The notes beneath the pieces are model-generated. The model was not told the origin of the DNA, made no database searches, and saw only the letters and a program-made list of their open reading frames with translations. This document shows positions 29,335 to 41,747 of a stretch of DNA of 64,000 nucleotides, piece after piece. How positions within the stretch are numbered: the stretch's first letter is position 1; each line of letters opens with the position of its first letter. The stretch is taken from the IMG/VR virus record IMGVR_UViG_3300037560_000207, positions 32,001 through 96,000 of that record, one strand, 5' to 3'. Made by a program: the position numbers and the translations under genes. The DNA comes from a virus.

Positions 29335-30967
29335 GGGAATATGATGCCTAAAGAATTTTCAGTCAAAATGTTGGGGTTCATCAATAGCCTCGGGTACAAA
29401 GTTGTACGTCGTCGCTGGCACGGGTTTCTTATAATGTGGTTCTACCTCACTTCTTTCATCATTAGTGGGATTGCAGGTCATCTTCTATTTGGGAGTACAA
29501 AATGAGAAAATTTAATGACTCCCCTCTAACTGTCAGAAAAAGTCGAGAAAGCACATGTGACATATGTGAAAGGGTCGTGACAGAATACGCTGAACGAAAC
29601 AAACGATACGACGGCCTTTTCGTATGTCTCGAATGTGACACAATCATCAACAAGTTTCTTCAACTGAGCGGGTGTTGTGTTGTACGTATAGGGAAACGAA
29701 TAGCATAATGGAAATGTGTATTAGAATCGGATACGACTCAGAAAATGAAGAGTTTTATGTAGAGGCATACGGATCAAACTCCGAACATTTAGGGAGTCTC
29801 CATTTTAAGAAGTGGAGTCAAGTCCTCTGTTTCCTATGGATAGATTATACTAACCCCAAATCAGCCGAATCGTGGCTACGTCAAATATCTAGTGAGGAAG
29901 TAACAAACGAAGAAATGAAATACATAGTCTCTAAGTGGCCCAATCATCACCCCTAAGAAAAGGAGTAATAGATTATGAATGAAAAAGGACAAATAGCGGA
30001 TGTAGCAAGAAATCACATCGCAGCAATTTTTGATGATCATCGAATAATTAACAGTGGAGACATCTATGCTGAGAAAATCCGCAAAATACCACTAGAAGTA
30101 TTACTTTCGCCGCCGCCGTCGAAAATAGAACCAAAAATAAAAACAACGCTTAGTTGGGCGGATGTGGTAGATCACATAGCAAAGGCTCTGCGAGAGGTGG
30201 CTGACGAGGATGATGTAATCCAGGCGTATGAGTCGATGTTTCCCGGTAGTGACTTGTCATATAATGGTGACAGTATGTTTACTCTGGAGTGTTGTATAGA
30301 TGATAACTAAATGTATTGGAAACCTCCGTGTCAGGGAGGATTCAAATTTCCGGCGGCTTATTACATGGAACTGGACAATTTCCCAGTGTATGGTGTGTCT
30401 TTACCACAACGATACTCTGGCATCATAAAATAACAGATTCTTTGGAATCGCACTTCTTGTTTGAGTGTCCTGATTGTCGTGGGGACTTGGCGTGGTTACA
30501 AGCAAAGAAAAACGGTAAACTTTCATAAATTGGTGTATGGTAGTCTATATTAAGTCATCTTTAGTAAAGTGTAAAGGAGAGACAAATGAGATGCCTTAGA
30601 AAGCTCTGGTGTGTCATTTGGGGGCATGACTTCATATCTTATATATACTCCGACGCAGATAGGAAGTGGTGGTGGACAGGAGCTTGCAGTAGGTGTGGCG
30701 CAACGGACGGAAGTAAAGTTGAACATTAGACGCAGAGCTGCAAATAGGAAATTCCAATAAGTCCAGTTTTCCAAGCGTTAGCCAGACAACAAAGGGGATA
30801 ATCATGCAATTAGAGTGTATGTTCCGAAAGGACTTGTCTAAATTACCAAGTAATGAAGCTAGATTGAGGTTTTTAACGGAGGAAACGCATAACGCCAATC
30901 CTGAATCATGTTGGGGTAGGTTTGTAATAAATTTATGTAACAGGTTGGCTATCGAGATCATGATTTT

Positions 30968-31423
30968 TTGCTTGAGAAAGGATCGAGCATGAGTACAACG
31001 TATCACGCTGCCGCTATTGTTGGATGTAAGATCGATGGATCAAAGATTTTCTTCAATAAAGAAGTCAGAGCGTGTAAACATCTGATCCCGTCACAGACCC
31101 CTGGATTACCCCCTGAAAACGCGAAGTTTTGTTCAGAGTGTGGTAAAAAGGTGTGGTCAAAAGTAAGTACCTCAATTCCACAGTACGATGAAGAAGAGGA
31201 AACTCTCTGTGGATTTCGAGTGTTCTACGACGAAAATGATGATTGTGTCTTCGTTGCTGGGGAGTATACTGAAATCCCTAACGAATTAGAAGCGCTGCCA
31301 GAAATGCTCGATGCTGGTGCAGCAGGAGATACAGTTCGTAGAAATCTCAAAGCCACACTGAAGCCACTCGGGTTGTGGGACGAAAAACAATTCGGTATAT
31401 GGCTCGTTACGTGGTATTCTTAA
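30968..31423 (+). CDS. Zinc-ribbon protein
   Basis: ACKH...AKFCSECGKK motif. Confidence 0.55.
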   Translation: MLEKGSSMSTTYHAAAIVGCKIDGSKIFFNKEVRACKHLIPSQTPGLPPENAKFCSECGKKVWSKVSTSIPQYDEEEETLCGFRVFYDENDDCVFVAGEYTEIPNELEALPEMLDAGAAGDTVRRNLKATLKPLGLWDEKQFGIWLVTWYS

Positions 31424-31831
31424 AAGGAGTAAACAATGTCCACCTGTTATTTTTACCTATTAAAAGAATGTGACTTTGAAACGAGAACGTTTCATATTCT
31501 TGACGTACTAACCATTGTAACAGGGCGGTTGGTGGCCCCAAGTAGGATGGATGCCGTATACGAAATCATAAATTGGATTACGCATGGCAATTTATACACA
31601 CATGAACTTCCAGGAGCATCAGACAAATGCAAACCGCAACTATTACGATGGTTCCCAGAATTGCAACCAACAATAGCCAGCGGCAAGTCACTAGATGAAT
31701 GTATGGAAAAGGCACAGACATGCCCGGATGCAGCTATCAAAATGTGGCTTACAGAGCTAAAAATGATGTTTCCCGACATTCGTGATACCTACGATGTTCC
31801 TCGTATCCTAGAGGATTAAACGGTAATCTAT

Positions 31832-31905
31832 AGGTCGGTAGCTCAGTTAGGTAGAGCAGTTGATTTTTAATCAATTGGCCGTGAGTTCGATTCTCACCCG
31901 ACCTA
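31832..31905 (+). tRNA. tRNA-Lys (TTT)
   Basis: AGGTCGG/CCGACCT acceptor, GTTGA-TTTTTAA-TCAAT anticodon arm, GTGAG-TTCGATT-CTCAC T arm. Confidence 0.92.
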
Positions 31906-31953
31906 GTAAACCTATGGAGTAGTTGGTGTATAAGTCTTGGGAGGATAAGATTT

Positions 31954-32349
31954 ATGCACACCAAACTCAAAGGGAATATAGCAGAGGCATCGACAGTATT
32001 AGCTCTTATGTCTTGCGGATGCAAAGTTTTCAGAGAACTAGGAGACCTGTCTAGAATAGATTTGATAGCAGATTTTAATGGTAAGATTTATACTATTCAG
32101 GTTAAAGGGATAACACCAAAAAACGGTGTATTAAACATCAATCTCGTTAAAAGTGGACCAAATTACAAATACCGCTACGGGATTGGTGATTGTGATTTAT
32201 TTGCTATCTGCAACCTTGAAACAAAAGAAGTCGCACTAGTTCCTCTAAAAACCTTGCTAATAAATAGAAAACAAGTCATGCTGAGAATTACTGAGACGAA
32301 AAATAATCAAAAATGCGGCATTCGTTCGATACTCAGAAACTACAAGTAA
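31954..32349 (+). CDS. PD-(D/E)XK endonuclease (group I intron-associated type)
   Basis: KGNIAE...RIDLIADFNG...IQVKG...DLFAI pattern. Confidence 0.75.
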   Translation: MHTKLKGNIAEASTVLALMSCGCKVFRELGDLSRIDLIADFNGKIYTIQVKGITPKNGVLNINLVKSGPNYKYRYGIGDCDLFAICNLETKEVALVPLKTLLINRKQVMLRITETKNNQKCGIRSILRNYK

Positions 32350-33229
32350 AACGTCTGGGAATCGTGTAGACTATATTACACTTTTTTAAGGAAAGTCAAA
32401 ATGCCAGAGTATGTGTATGTTATTAGTTTAGTATTGGGGGCTGTGTTTGTGTGTTGTCAGGTAATATCTACCGTTGTCGCATATCGAACATGCAAATGCA
32501 CCTGTAAGATGATTAACCTCCAACTGGAGGAAATGAAGAAAGCCGAGGACAATAGATTCTGATTTGTTACAACCGAGGCGGGTTGCATGTGAACATGCTC
32601 TGTCTTTCTTCTCAAGAGTTGGTTCGTGTCCCCGGTAAAACGGGTTCAATCACCAACCTTATCTTTTCTGGAGTAAAACAGATGGACGAAGTAACAAGGT
32701 GCCCCATATGCAACGTTATCTGTCAACCAACAGACAAAGGAGAGGTCTGTCCTATCTGTGGGATGGTAGTGGAGGAATAAAATGGAAGGTTCTCATGATA
32801 TAGCGGCCAGGTTAGCTGTTTCTTGGACTATTGGTAACCAGGACTTTGTAGCACAGGAGCTAGCTGAATTAAGCGCAGTAAAATCTGCTGCTGTTGCTAT
32901 TCGGATAGTTCTAACCCTTATGGACAACCCAAACGTATCAATTGACCTTGCAATGTTCACAAGTCGTCTCGAAGGAGAGGCTCACCAAGAAGATACACAG
33001 AAGGTTAAAGCAAGATTCGAAAAAAGGGAGAAATCATGATCTTTTATATTGGTATTATGTTGGTGGCTTTGGGTATTTGTCACGCAATTGGTTTGGGGGT
33101 AAAAGTTAAAAGCATTGAGTGTCCAACCCCAGATGAAGAATTCGCTATAATAGGCAGGATTGCATCTGTTATACTAATAGCTGCCGCAGGTATCTACTTA
33201 ATCTGCTAGTTGAGCAGTGCTTCTTTATT

Positions 33230-33778
33230 TTGAAGAGGATAAAAACCATGGAAAAGAAACCTTGTGCTTGCTGTAAAGATGGAATACCAGGCCACGAAGG
33301 GAAAGGCATAGGGTATGGATACAACCGCCTCGAAGGCGCGGCTTTGGCATGGGCTAAGGATAATCAATTTGCCCAGTCTGAACACTGTATCTCAGTCGTA
33401 GGAGGTAAACGATTCAAAGGACCAAGGTGGCTTAGTGACAAGTGCGGCAATGGCCGTATGGGGTTCTCCACTCGTCGTAGAAATCAAGATGAAGTTCGAA
33501 TGGAAGTAGGGCTAGACGGACAATTCAAGAGTAAACGGCGTACAATAGTTGGTAAAAGATCGTCGAGAGCCACGACAATTCGTCATACACGGAGGATTGA
33601 TGGTAGTCGATGTGGTTTGGTTTCCACTGTGGCGATACTTGATGCTCAGCGAGACCCAAGAGTAGTAAGGGCTCAAAAGAAGCTGGCACGGATCAAACGG
33701 AAATCCCGGCATCGTTTGCTTCGACGAGAAAGGGTTACGAGAGCTACTATGATTTCTGAATTAAGAAAGGTGGCATAG
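33230..33778 (+). CDS. Highly basic Arg/Lys/Gly-rich hypothetical protein
   Basis: Long ORF, strongly basic, N-terminal CxCC. Confidence 0.5.
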   Translation: MKRIKTMEKKPCACCKDGIPGHEGKGIGYGYNRLEGAALAWAKDNQFAQSEHCISVVGGKRFKGPRWLSDKCGNGRMGFSTRRRNQDEVRMEVGLDGQFKSKRRTIVGKRSSRATTIRHTRRIDGSRCGLVSTVAILDAQRDPRVVRAQKKLARIKRKSRHRLLRRERVTRATMISELRKVA

Positions 33779-34655
33779 CTTTAATGAATTTTCACTCAAC
33801 TTGTCTATGTAGATTGATAAATATGACAGAAAAAGGAGGACCACCCAGATATGACATCATGTCCGAAAATGAACATGTCGGCTCTTTAAGATTCTGTAAC
33901 ACTCTTGATGAATGGATGATACATCTATCCTCACACGTCAGTGCTACTTACGGATTTATGTCCAAAGTATGGATGTGTTTACTTGATGAGTTGACAGAGG
34001 CTAGGAGTCTGGTATGATTATATCAAAAGTCACAGTAGGATTTGTTGTCCAGCAATTTGATACAGATCGTCAAGATTGGGTCTGTCAAGATTTCATTGCT
34101 TCAGATGAATGTGAATATGAAACCGAGAACGGCGACCCAATCGACGTAAAAGATTTTATGTTGGACTGTGTGATATCGGGTAAGGAGCCTTATTTACCAT
34201 ACGATATGGTTCAACCTCAGCCGGAGGGCTTTAAGGAAGATCGTAAAAGTATAAATAACATTCCGTGATACCAGACGTTGTGATGTTGAATGTTTAACAG
34301 CATCTGCACTTATTTTGCTGATTGGAGCAATTGAGAAAGAAGTAATGGAAACACATATAAAAAAACCGAGGGTAGAACCTGGGAGTCAAACGTGGAGACT
34401 CACACGCAAGGAGGTATGTGAAATCATCTTTACCTCAATATATGGTCGTAAACCCACACCGGAAGAAATACAGAGACTCAATGTGGATGTTACTGATAAT
34501 TATGATAGGGGTAGAGGTGAATCCAAACCTGAATGGTTGAGTCTGTCGCTTACAGATATTCCTCCAATACTTAATGACGTGGCCCAATCTTAGGCGCTCG
34601 CCAACAAAGGAGTATAAGGTGCATGAAGAATCACCACTAGAAAAGGAATGTAGTA

Positions 34656-35051
34656 ATGAAGAAATGGCCAAAAGGTAATAAACAAGCACAATTTACCGAT
34701 ATAACCAAGCCAATTTGTGAGGCAATCCGATTTGCCTACGACCTCAAGCGCAAGAATCGAGGTCGCAATGTACCTTGGGATGGACTCGATATCGGCGAAA
34801 ATATGAAAGCTTGTTATATGTCCCCGAACGAACGGCTTCAACGTGATAATCTGAAATACGATGAACAAGAGCAAGATCGTGATGCACTCCAGATCATCGT
34901 TGGAATTGCAGTTCAATTGGGTATCGAACAGGAACGCCGAAGGTTGTGGGGTGAATTAGACACAGATCTACTACTTCTTAATTTGCACGCAAAAAACTGT
35001 TACGAGACCGTTAAAGGTCTTATCGAAGACAGTGAAGTATCGAAAAATTAA
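34656..35051 (+). CDS. Hypothetical protein
   Basis: RBS-led ORF in the rightward run. Confidence 0.55.
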   Translation: MKKWPKGNKQAQFTDITKPICEAIRFAYDLKRKNRGRNVPWDGLDIGENMKACYMSPNERLQRDNLKYDEQEQDRDALQIIVGIAVQLGIEQERRRLWGELDTDLLLLNLHAKNCYETVKGLIEDSEVSKN

Positions 35052-37348
35052 CTAATAATTTTAGAAAGGAATGAAATGGTAATTCTAGTAATCATAGGTT
35101 GGTTGGTGTGCGGAATTTTAACACAGGGACTACTCAGACATAATTACGCACAGTCTATTGTAGGTCCAGTACGTGGAGCAGACAGGCTTATTTTATGGTT
35201 TGCAACACTAGCAGGTCCACTTGGATTATTAACAGCAATTACAGTATGTGCTATTGACTGGACGTGGGGATTAAAGTTTAGAAAGGTATAGAAATGAAGG
35301 TTCGAGGTTGGATTCACATCATAGATTGTGGAAACGTCTTCGGCGTAGCTTAAGCTACGCCTTGTTAATGATGAGTGTCGTACACGTATACGACGGGATA
35401 AGCCGATTAGGGTGGGCTTTCGGCATGGGTAAGTAATGGAAACCAAGAAAATGAGCGACTTTTCTAACATAGACGATGCACGAAAATTCAACCAATGGCG
35501 AGATAGAATCAATACGCAAATACCCGAACTAGCTAATAGAGTCTTTTCTCTGCGCCGGAAATTCTATAAAGGATGTGGTTTCCATTACAGTTTAGAAAAA
35601 ACACTCGGTACAGTAACAAAAGGATTAAATAATCATGATGAGCAGTGGGATTTTGCTGATCGTCTCGTTTTTGAAGTTGTCGTGGAAGGGCTCATAGAAC
35701 GAGTTATCGCTGCCGAAAAGAGTATAGTAAGAAGTCCCTGACTCACTGATGTCCATAAGCTCGATGGAGTAAGGCATGATGTTTTAGTCGGGGATTTCCT
35801 ACTGTGCTGTTATGTACCATTTATGGTGTTAATCTATTCTTGTCTGGAGAAAAAAATGGGATACTATCTCAATAACGGAAAAGCATCTGGTAAAGTAGAA
35901 TGGCTCGTTAAAGAACACGATGGTAAAATCGTTGATAAAGTCGAAGCGAGCACTGCTTTTAATGATCCATCACTGGCTGTCGTTGTAGTAATGGACAATG
36001 GCTTATTTGATGCGGCTGGTTTCGCATATGACATCGATGAATTTGAATCATTTACATCACCCGATGATATTCGACCAAAAATATTCCTTGTCATGAATAG
36101 AGAATTATGCGAAAAATTGAGTGGGTTCAATTCTTAAGGAACTAAAATGATTTTGAAGTGTACTTGCAAACATAAGTATCAGGATCGCATGTACGGAACC
36201 ATAATCGGGTTAATAATCCCTACAGAGGCCCTAATAGGGAGATTCTGTAAGAAGGAGCAAACTGCAAAATCATAGCCGGTTCCAATCTAGTTTGGCCTGT
36301 CATTGGGTACAAGATTTAAAAGACACCGGAAAAAAGGAATCAAAAAATGAAGGAATCATCTCAAATAACAATTAGTCTCATGCACGGACAGTTTTGGGCA
36401 ATTCGATGTAGGGACGGTGGGTTAAAACAAGGCGCGGATGGTATACCTCACTTGTTTAAAACTCGTGCCAAAGCTCGTAAATACCAATCAAACTGGGTTC
36501 CCCATACAAAATGGGTAGTAGTTTCAGTATCTATATTAGAAAGACAATAAAAAAGGAGATAATTATGTTCATCTTAACGATTTGGGACGCTAGAAGTCCA
36601 AACTACGGGGCCAACTCCTTTGTGGAAGCAAGGGGTACGGAAACAACTGATGTACAGACAGAACGTGATGCAATGCGATTACTCGGATGTGTGATCCGTG
36701 ACGAACAAATCGTCCGTGCGGTTCTCGAAACACCGACAGGCTGCTTAACATGGCAGCGAGACAAAGAAGAAGAGTTCGAATACGACGAGTGTTGTGACCC
36801 AGGTTGTGGAAATTGTGGATATTGCAATTAGTAGTAGCGCGGTCGCTAATCGGAGAATCGAGTGTTTAAAAGAAAAATATACCACCGTTCCACAAGGTTT
36901 TGTGTATTCCCAGCCTTAACATATATGGAACTTGATGGCAAACCTGTCGGACACTGGGAACCAGGAGTTATCTTCAAGCCAACAGAGGTAGCCCTCAACC
37001 TACACAAGCACGATGAGGCATCTTTTAGCATTGTTGGGTGGAAGAACACTCGTACTAGTCATTCTGATAGGTATTGCATTCACAATTGGTGCGCTGTTGT
37101 GGCCGTACACAATCAATAGTTGGTTAATCTATTCAGGTAGGCCACCAGCAATTGAGTGGTGGATGGGTGGATTGATGGGTCTCGTACCAGGCTTGGGGCA
37201 GTCATGCATTTCGGCAGCCTTTATCACATTTATCATCATGTTATTCATTTGACCATGTGTTGCGTAAACCAGGATAAAATGTTGGAGGTCCGATTCTCTG
37301 TTGGATCGGTTGAGTCATTCAACGTAACCCCTTTTAAGGAAACTAACT

Positions 37349-37939
37349 GTGAATACAAACAAAAAAGCTTGGATGCTTTGTGGAGTAGTAATTTTTGCTT
37401 TAATAGCAACCGTTTCCCTGGCGGGTCCAGGAATTGTTGGAACGGACCATGATTTCTCATCTAAGGGCTGGTCCTCCAATCAGATTTGTTTACCGTGTCA
37501 CGTACCACATAATGCATTGACACCGGAAGATGGTCCGTTGTGGAATCACGCAGAAAGCACACAAACCTTTATTATGTATCAAACGGATGGACAGCTTGAT
37601 GGACCGAGCAAGCTCTGTCTGAGTTGTCATGATGGTGTTACAGCCGTGGACAGCTTCGGTGGAAACAGTGGGACAGAAGTCATCGCAGGTAATTCCAATA
37701 TCGGCACCGACCTCAGCGATGACCACCCAATTGGAATGGAGTATCCACCCCAAGGTTGGAATACAACTCGGTATAATGATCCACCGACTACGCACGAAGT
37801 TAGGTTGGTTAGGATCAATGATGTGAAAAGAGTTGAGTGTGTGTCATGCCATGACGTACACAATTCGAAAGGAATCGACAAATTTTTGCGGGCTCCCCTA
37901 GACGAGAGCTACCTCTGTCTGCTTTGTCATATCAAGTAA
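37349..37939 (+). CDS. Secreted multiheme cytochrome c (doubled-CXXCH / cytochrome c3-like family)
   Basis: Signal peptide; four heme motifs CLPCH, CLSCH, CVSCH, CLLCH; family-typical HDFS, PHNA, PLWNH, DLSDDHPIG. Confidence 0.9.
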   Translation: MNTNKKAWMLCGVVIFALIATVSLAGPGIVGTDHDFSSKGWSSNQICLPCHVPHNALTPEDGPLWNHAESTQTFIMYQTDGQLDGPSKLCLSCHDGVTAVDSFGGNSGTEVIAGNSNIGTDLSDDHPIGMEYPPQGWNTTRYNDPPTTHEVRLVRINDVKRVECVSCHDVHNSKGIDKFLRAPLDESYLCLLCHIK

Positions 37940-38795
37940 TAGCTATGAGTCGGACCTCCAACTTTCTCTTACCGAACGGAGTTAAGCCATGAATACAGTG
38001 CCGTGGTACATAACAGTAAGTGTTGCATTGTTAGCTGGTATCATAGTAGTATGGGTATGTGACTCAGCATGTCAAGCGATAAAGTGGTGGAAACGTTAAA
38101 GTAAATAAGCATAACTTTTTTAGTGAAGAACAGAAAGATGAACGAAACGATCAATCTAGTGATTACCAATCTGACAGATGGACTCAGTCAAGTTGCTGCA
38201 AGTGTAGTTGTTCATGCGGTAGTGCAAGATACTGCTAATCTAGGGTGTATGTACACGATAATTGGCACCGGACTCTTTGTAACTGGTGCCATACTCATCT
38301 GGCATCTGGTTCATTTAATGAACAAAAATCAAGAAGCAAAAAAATTAGAGGACGCAGCGCCAGCTATGGTGGTCGTAGGGATAACTGGTTTCACCTCCCT
38401 TATCGTTGGATTTGGCATAGCAGTAGCTCACATAAGCGACTGGTTCGGACCCACAAAGACGGTGTTCTGGAGACTGTTTTATGCAATCCAATAAACTAAC
38501 TGTTGGAGTAAAAAAATGATACAAGTTATTGAAGGAAAACACGCCCCAGAAGCAGTTCGAACAATCAGTCCGGGTGCGCCGTGATTTATTATAGAAGACC
38601 CTGATAAAGGCAGTCTGATGGGGCGCGCGGAAGTCATGCAAGAGATTCGTCGCGACTACTTACAAGCTGAAAATGTCAACTTCACCCGGAGTATTACGCG
38701 AGTTGACGGTAAAATCATCCATGTTGGAGCAAAAGTTGACCCGATGATCACACAGTTAGGATTGTTTGGTTAACCAAGGAAAGAAAATCTGATAT

Positions 38796-39422
38796 ATGAG
38801 ACAGGTAGATGTGCCCGAAGGCAAAAGTGGTGATTGGGAAGTTGTTCGTTTCGAAGTAGCTGAAAAAGATGCGGCATTCCACAACCTACGAGAATCATTC
38901 CATAATGGTAGATTTATCAGGCTGGGAACATACACTAGCCTGACACGAAAAGGTTGTGTCATTATGTCTGACACGCAAACCGAAATACTGGACCTTTCTA
39001 AGCCAGTGTCGGTAGCCAGTCAAGCGAATCGATCAGATTCACGCCGTGTACTTATTAACGGATTGGGTCTTGGAGTAGTGTTACAGGCAATCCTGGATAT
39101 TATCACTGTAGAACATGTAACTGTCATCGAAAAATCTGCTGACGTAATTACACTTGTTGGGCCTCATTGGGAAGCCCGGTACGGTGATAGGTTGACAATA
39201 GTACACGCCGATGCGTTCGAGTGGAAACCACCCAAAGGTGAAAGATACTGTGTCGTCTGGCATGATATTTGGGATAATATCACGTCAGATAATCTATCTG
39301 AGATGCATCGGTTACATCGTAAATACGGGCAACGATGTGACTGGCAGAGTAGCTGGTGTAGGAGGAGGTGCGAATTTGCACTATCTCAGTCAAGGAAAAA
39401 TCATGGACATAATCGCCACTAG
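38796..39422 (+). CDS. Class I SAM-dependent methyltransferase (spermidine synthase-like), paralogue of 13283..13816
   Basis: VLINGLGLG...VTVIEKSADVITLV...HADAFEW...WHDIWD. Confidence 0.75.
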   Translation: MRQVDVPEGKSGDWEVVRFEVAEKDAAFHNLRESFHNGRFIRLGTYTSLTRKGCVIMSDTQTEILDLSKPVSVASQANRSDSRRVLINGLGLGVVLQAILDIITVEHVTVIEKSADVITLVGPHWEARYGDRLTIVHADAFEWKPPKGERYCVVWHDIWDNITSDNLSEMHRLHRKYGQRCDWQSSWCRRRCEFALSQSRKNHGHNRH

Positions 39423-39829
39423 GGAACTCATAAACCTAGTCAAAAAGAAATTTGGGGATGACGCTTACCTTGAGTTGTTCACCGATGGTAGCGGACGTAT
39501 TCTTGTCCAATACTGCCCGGTGATAGAATTCGATGGTCTAGGAGAATTGGCGGAAATTCTCTGTGTAAAATAAAAAGGGCTGCAATGGAAGAAAAATGTT
39601 ACGACCAGTTTTTGCAGGAGATGACACTATATGTACGCGCATCGTATGAAAAGGCAACTGGTAAGGTCTTGGGAGAACACTTGACGGCAGCACTAAACGA
39701 TCTGTTAGATGTGTTCTTTCAAACCAAGTTCGAAAGCTCATCACCTGTTACAGAAGAAACAAAAGTATACCGGGTACATTAAACTGTGCGGGGTGGGGTG
39801 GTTTATTATAATTATAAAGGAGGACAACC

Positions 39830-40303
39830 GTGGTATGGAGTTGTTATTTCAGCAACGCTATAAAATTTCCATTGACAACCAGAGATGAAATCTGTGAAGT
39901 GCTGAATAACCCTGAATTTAATGGAATAGATTTCATGGTTGGAACTGGAATAAGTGGTGCGATAGTGCTTGCGCCAGTATCTATTGAATTAAATATACCG
40001 TATGGAATTATACGTAAAAAAATAGATAGAAAAACCCTAGTTCGTCATGGAGGGACTCATTCTAATACTAATATAGAAACATGTATCAAAACTGAGAAAA
40101 TCAACCAGTATGTAATTATCGATGATACAATTGACTCAGGTGATACCGTAAACAGAATTGTCGAATTAATGGACGGAGAATACGAACATTCCAAGTGTAT
40201 CGGTATTATCCTATATCAGCAATGGCCCGGCATGATCAAACACAACGATATTAATGTAACTTGTCTTGGTGAACGCATCCGTAATTTAGCAAAAGAGGAT
40301 TAA
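39830..40303 (+). CDS. Type I phosphoribosyltransferase
   Basis: PRPP-binding loop YVIIDDTIDSGDT; GTGISGA...GIIRK. Confidence 0.85.
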   Translation: MVWSCYFSNAIKFPLTTRDEICEVLNNPEFNGIDFMVGTGISGAIVLAPVSIELNIPYGIIRKKIDRKTLVRHGGTHSNTNIETCIKTEKINQYVIIDDTIDSGDTVNRIVELMDGEYEHSKCIGIILYQQWPGMIKHNDINVTCLGERIRNLAKED

Positions 40304-40308
40304 TTAAC

Positions 40309-40935
40309 ATGCCAGGAACATTAGTCAGCATAGATTTAGATTGGCTTAATGGTGCGGAATCTCCAATAGATAAATTACAAAGATTATTACGCCACATCCC
40401 CAGAAAAGTCCCGGCAGTTATAACTATAGAACATCACGAATTTCTGCCACACCTGCGTCGGTGGATTAAATCAAAAGAAGTCCCAATACCACTCAATATC
40501 ATCAATTTCGACGAACACCATGACTTCTACTACGGTCGTCCACCACTCGATCCCAATGGAACGGAAACAGACTGCGGTAATTGGGGTTTTCGTTTACCTA
40601 TCAAGTGGTATCGTAGATTCACTTGGGTCCATAACACTAATACCGAGTTTATCGACTGGGACAGGGCTCAAGAATGGCTTGATAAGCGAAAAATACAATC
40701 CTCTATGCGTAATAAACCTCGTCTATCAGAGTTGCGCACCGAAATTGTTGCTGCTATCTTTTGCGTCTCGCCTGACTATTTGAAAATAGATATGTTCAAC
40801 TGTATCTGTGACGCTATTGATATCGTAGCATGTCATTTTAAAATGGGAAAAGCACCACAAGTAATTCGTAATGGCCAGGGGGTATCTTCAGTAAAAGGGT
40901 GGAGAGTCGCTTCCCGCCCACAGAAAAGGAAATGA
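40309..40935 (+). CDS. UPF0489-like / arginase-fold metalloprotein
   Basis: SIDLDW, EHHE, NFDEHHD, DCGNW, SPDY motifs. Confidence 0.65.
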   Translation: MPGTLVSIDLDWLNGAESPIDKLQRLLRHIPRKVPAVITIEHHEFLPHLRRWIKSKEVPIPLNIINFDEHHDFYYGRPPLDPNGTETDCGNWGFRLPIKWYRRFTWVHNTNTEFIDWDRAQEWLDKRKIQSSMRNKPRLSELRTEIVAAIFCVSPDYLKIDMFNCICDAIDIVACHFKMGKAPQVIRNGQGVSSVKGWRVASRPQKRK

Positions 40936-41747
40936 TATGACCGTATGGTTAATCCATGAGACCGTAAGGTTTTATGATCTGGATGAAATATTCAAGGTAG
41001 TCGGAGTATGCAAGACAAAACAGTTAGCATACGAGTGGATTGAGGAAGCAATGAAAATAAATGATGCACGGGTTTTTACTGTCCAGGGATTGAAGGTTAC
41101 TGAAAGGGTATCTTAGTGATAGTAACGTTATCTCCAAAAGATGAACTCATAGTGCAATTTAACGGTACAGATGGAGAGTTTAGTATCCATTTTGATACCG
41201 ACGAATTTCCCAACGCTATTGTAGTTGAAGAAACTGGTGGATATCCAGATAGTACGGGGCGTCAAGACATTCTTTATAAAGAAGACTTCGATTAAACACC
41301 ATCTAGGGAGGTGTGTATGTATCTCAACAGACCTCAATTATGGGAAAAACTCAACTCACTTGTGAACCATTATGGCGGCGATGAGAATTTTATAAAACAT
41401 ATGGACGAGTGGCCAAAAACAGTCAAAGAACTAATTTATAGCTCTGAGAAATTAATGATCCGCTTCAAACTCATTGAGCTAATCCCCGATTTAATTGATG
41501 ATGAAGATGTGATTATTGGGATGGAGTAAGACTCGTGACCACACGAGTCATAAATAGGAGTAAACCATGAGAAATATTAAAGAGGGAGAGGTTCTAGAAT
41601 TCACCCAAAAAAATGGCAATCGACTTGTAATTCTCATCCACGAAGATTGCGTTCTTGTTAAGGCAGATAATTTGGGAACAGACCTCAAAATAGAACGGAA
41701 AAACAGTTTTTGTGTTGGAGTAATAGCTATAAACAAGGATTAAAATA

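Noticed and set aside
35745-35775. Hammerhead ribozyme (CTGATG-stem-GTAA)
   Set aside because: The core lacks the required CUGANGA and GAAA, and I found no stem I/III pairing.
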